Shown here: positions 61,522 through 64,000 of the stretch, one piece after another
How positions within the stretch are numbered: position 1 is the first letter of the stretch
Layout of the letters: each line of letters begins with the position of its first letter
Assembly (NCBI GenBank): GCA_048939995.1
Contig: JBHLOY010000001.1
Coordinates: 64,001 to 128,000, forward strand
Source of the DNA: Promethearchaeota archaeon
GTDB lineage: Archaea; Asgardarchaeota; Lokiarchaeia; Sigyniarchaeales; SOKP01
Reading direction: 5' to 3'
Length of the DNA: 64,000 nucleotides
Notes under the pieces: model-generated
Databases searched by the model: none
What the model was told of the DNA's origin: nothing
The model's input: the letters and a program-made list of their open reading frames with translations, nothing else
Made by a program: the position numbers and the translations under genes

Positions 61522-62741
61522 AGATTAAGTCTTTTTTTCTTATCAAAAAGTTGTTTTAATTCATCAAGAACCTTCAGTCGAGAATCAGCTGGATTAACTC
61601 GTGCTTGTCTTTGATCAGGGTTAGCTATGCTAATTGGAATTCCACTTTGAGCAACTTGAAATGCTCCACTCTCAATTGCTCTCAATCTACTGTCAAGATC
61701 ACTTAATTGTTTCGATATACTTTCTGAAAGGCGAATTACAGCATTCATTGTTTCTTCCAAAGTTTTACCTAAGCCTTCTACTTTTCTTAAAGTTGGATTT
61801 GTTAATGAATCCGTAGTTTTCATAACATCTTTAATATATTTTGAAAATTGAGGTTCATTTGATATTAATGAGTAAATAGATGTAAGATAAGCTTCATAAT
61901 CAAATCCAAATTGATTCATTAATGTGTTAATATTATCCTTTAACAATTCTATGCTCAACAGGATTTCAGGTTCAGTTTTTATATCTGGATCTACCTTATG
62001 AATATAAATTACAATAAATGGATTTTCTTCTAAAGTTAATAACACATTTAATATTTCTTCAAAATATTCAAAAGACTCAGCAAATCTTTCTGAATCTTGA
62101 ATATCAATAACATATATTAATAGATCTATTTGAAGGAAATAATATTCTGGGTGTTTTAAATATTTATTACGATATTGTTTTTGACCCCCCATATCCCATA
62201 TAAAAACATCAAGTGCAGATTCTTCGGTTTTTATAAATTGACGCTGTACCCCTTTGGTTGGTTTTAGATTTACTAAACCAGTTATCCCCAATTTTCCTCC
62301 GTATTTAGATAATATGGCAGTTTTACCAGCATTATCTAACCCGATGATCATAATCTTTTGAGCTTTTTTTTCAAAAATCTCTTTATCTTTTGCATTAATT
62401 ATTATAGAACTAATAGCAATAGCTTTCTTTAAGTTTTTTTCGAACTCAGGGTAATTTTGTTTTAGATCCTCAATTATCTTGTTAATTTCTAATTGATCTT
62501 CAACACTTTTCTTATTTATAGTTTCAAAGGGATCTTCTTTATTAATTTTTGAGAGTTCTTCGATATTTGTGACATTAAAAATTTCTTCTAAGAATTTAGA
62601 GATAATTTTATCAAAGAATTTAAAAGAATGAATGGGTAATTGCCTTATATCATCCATAGTGGTTAATTTACTTATTTTGGCTTCTTTAGGGTCTAAGAAT
62701 CTCGAAAATATATTAATAATATTTGAAATATCTGTTGACAT
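61518..62741 (-). CDS. Arf/Rag-like GTPase with N-terminal extension and C-terminal coiled coil
   Basis: GLDNAGKT, PTKG, WDMGGQ, HKVD, TSIY. Confidence 0.88.
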   Translation of the reverse strand: MSTDISNIINIFSRFLDPKEAKISKLTTMDDIRQLPIHSFKFFDKIISKFLEEIFNVTNIEELSKINKEDPFETINKKSVEDQLEINKIIEDLKQNYPEFEKNLKKAIAISSIIINAKDKEIFEKKAQKIMIIGLDNAGKTAILSKYGGKLGITGLVNLKPTKGVQRQFIKTEESALDVFIWDMGGQKQYRNKYLKHPEYYFLQIDLLIYVIDIQDSERFAESFEYFEEILNVLLTLEENPFIVIYIHKVDPDIKTEPEILLSIELLKDNINTLMNQFGFDYEAYLTSIYSLISNEPQFSKYIKDVMKTTDSLTNPTLRKVEGLGKTLEETMNAVIRLSESISKQLSDLDSRLRAIESGAFQVAQSGIPISIANPDQRQARVNPADSRLKVLDELKQLFDKKKRLNL

Positions 62742-62948
62742 TGTCTTTTTTGCTCCTAATTTTAAATATTAGTAGTTTTGATAAATTTTTATTATTATCT
62801 ATTTACTTTTTATGATAATAGTTAAATATTTAAGATTTAAATTTTCACTACCGATTTAAATTAATTAAAATTTAAATATCTGATTTATTTTAAATACTAT
62901 ACACTAGAATAAAAAATTCCAATAAAAGTATGTATTAATCCAATATTT

Positions 62949-63857
62949 ATGCCATCAAAATTTGAAGAAGATAACTTTTTTGAAGAAGATGTTGAACAGT
63001 GTTGTGATTCCCCGAAAATCAGTGAGGAAGATGGCTTTAACGTTTGTTTAAATTGTGGTTATGTATATAGTAGAATACTGGATGATTCACCAAGAAGAGC
63101 ATTTACTCAAGAGGAAATTCAGAAAAGAAAAAGCAACGAACGTGTTTATAGCCCTATAGGACCCAGAACTATCATCCGGGGAAGTCGTGATGCAAGGGGA
63201 ACATTACTTAGTCCAAAATTTAAATCAAAGTTTAATAGATTAGCCAAAATTCATCGGTCTTTAACTACGAGTTATGAACGGAATCTATGGATTGCTTTAC
63301 CAAATCTCCAAAGATTGCAAAAGCGATTAGGAATCCCGGATACGGTTGCTGAAGATGCTCTACGGATTTATACTCAAACTGTTAAGAAGAAACTGACTAT
63401 GGGAAGAAGCATTGATACGTTACTCTCAGCTTCAATTTTTTGCGCTTTACGTGTTCATGGTATTCCTAGAACTGTAGAAGAAATAACAAAAGTGGCCCAA
63501 ATTCCCAAAAAAAAAGTAATAAAAAGTTATAGATTAATTCTCATGGAAGTTTTACCTAATTTAAATTTAAAAGTCCAACATTTCTCACCAGATCGGTACG
63601 TTGATAAGTTTAATGACGAATTAAAATTATCTATGCAATGTAGAAATGTAGCGGTAAAAATTATTGAGAATGCGAAGGAGCATGGATTTAATTCAGCTGG
63701 GAAAGATCCAAAAGGTATTGCAGCAGCGGCAATTTATATTGGATCAAAAATTTGTAATGAAAATAGAACGCAAAAAGAGATAAGTAAGCTAGCTCGCGTA
63801 ACTGAAGTAACTTTACGAATGAGAGTTAAAGATCTAATGAGATATGCGGACATTTAA
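62949..63857 (+). CDS. tfb: Transcription initiation factor IIB
   Basis: Zn ribbon (CC..CLNCG), ERNL..A, GRS, PRT..EI, GKDP.G.AAA.IY, RTQ.E..VTEVTLR.R. Confidence 0.95.
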   Translation: MPSKFEEDNFFEEDVEQCCDSPKISEEDGFNVCLNCGYVYSRILDDSPRRAFTQEEIQKRKSNERVYSPIGPRTIIRGSRDARGTLLSPKFKSKFNRLAKIHRSLTTSYERNLWIALPNLQRLQKRLGIPDTVAEDALRIYTQTVKKKLTMGRSIDTLLSASIFCALRVHGIPRTVEEITKVAQIPKKKVIKSYRLILMEVLPNLNLKVQHFSPDRYVDKFNDELKLSMQCRNVAVKIIENAKEHGFNSAGKDPKGIAAAAIYIGSKICNENRTQKEISKLARVTEVTLRMRVKDLMRYADI

Positions 63858-63877
63858 TTTTTATTAAATTTAATGAA

Positions 63878-64000
63878 TTAAAGTTCTATGTGTTTTAGTT
63901 TATTCTCTTCCTTGAATAAAGGTAAAACTTCTAACATTTCATTTATTGGGGCTAAATATTTCTCAAGTTTATTCTCTACCACTTCTGAAATGAAATTTAT
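63878..64000 (-). CDS. 3' end of a gene running off the window
   Basis: Open frame INFISEVVENKLEKYLAPINEMLEVLPLFKEENKLKHIEL*. Confidence 0.5.
   Translation of the reverse strand: MNFISEVVENKLEKYLAPINEMLEVLPLFKEENKLKHIEL

Overview
AT-rich archaeal chromosomal window, most consistent with Asgard archaea (Lokiarchaeia). The evidence is archaeal ribosomal, RNAP and KEOPS genes plus TFB, together with eukaryotic-signature proteins: a Rab-like GTPase, an Arf/Rag-like GTPase, two Roadblock proteins, a gelsolin-like protein and a longin-like domain. Layout: (1) 1-15 kb holds a 2024-aa surface protein with 18 tandem ~93-aa repeats, Fae-Hps and a B12 radical SAM enzyme. (2) 15-23.3 kb is a reshuffled archaeal informational superoperon in which rpoE1 and spt4 (probably also rpoN and an unannotated ORF) appear to start at ATT/ATA codons. 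(3) 23-41.5 kb is mixed metabolic and accessory genes, including a patch of gene ruins (GH3 tail, luciferase-like pseudogene, 66-bp acs fragment). (4) 41.6-51.3 kb is a copper locus: CopA, CopB, a wHTH(PadR-like)-TRASH regulator, several small His/Met/Cys proteins (one missed by the ORF track) and three copies of a TATA-overlapping operator, TTTAAATATATA-N8-TATATA. (5) 52-64 kb carries E1 alpha/beta, acs divergent from an apparently catalytically dead CoA-transferase-GNAT fusion, PHP, PAP2, a GTPase and TFB. I saw no rRNA, tRNA, CRISPR array, transposase or integrase. All calls come from reading motifs by eye; no searches were run.
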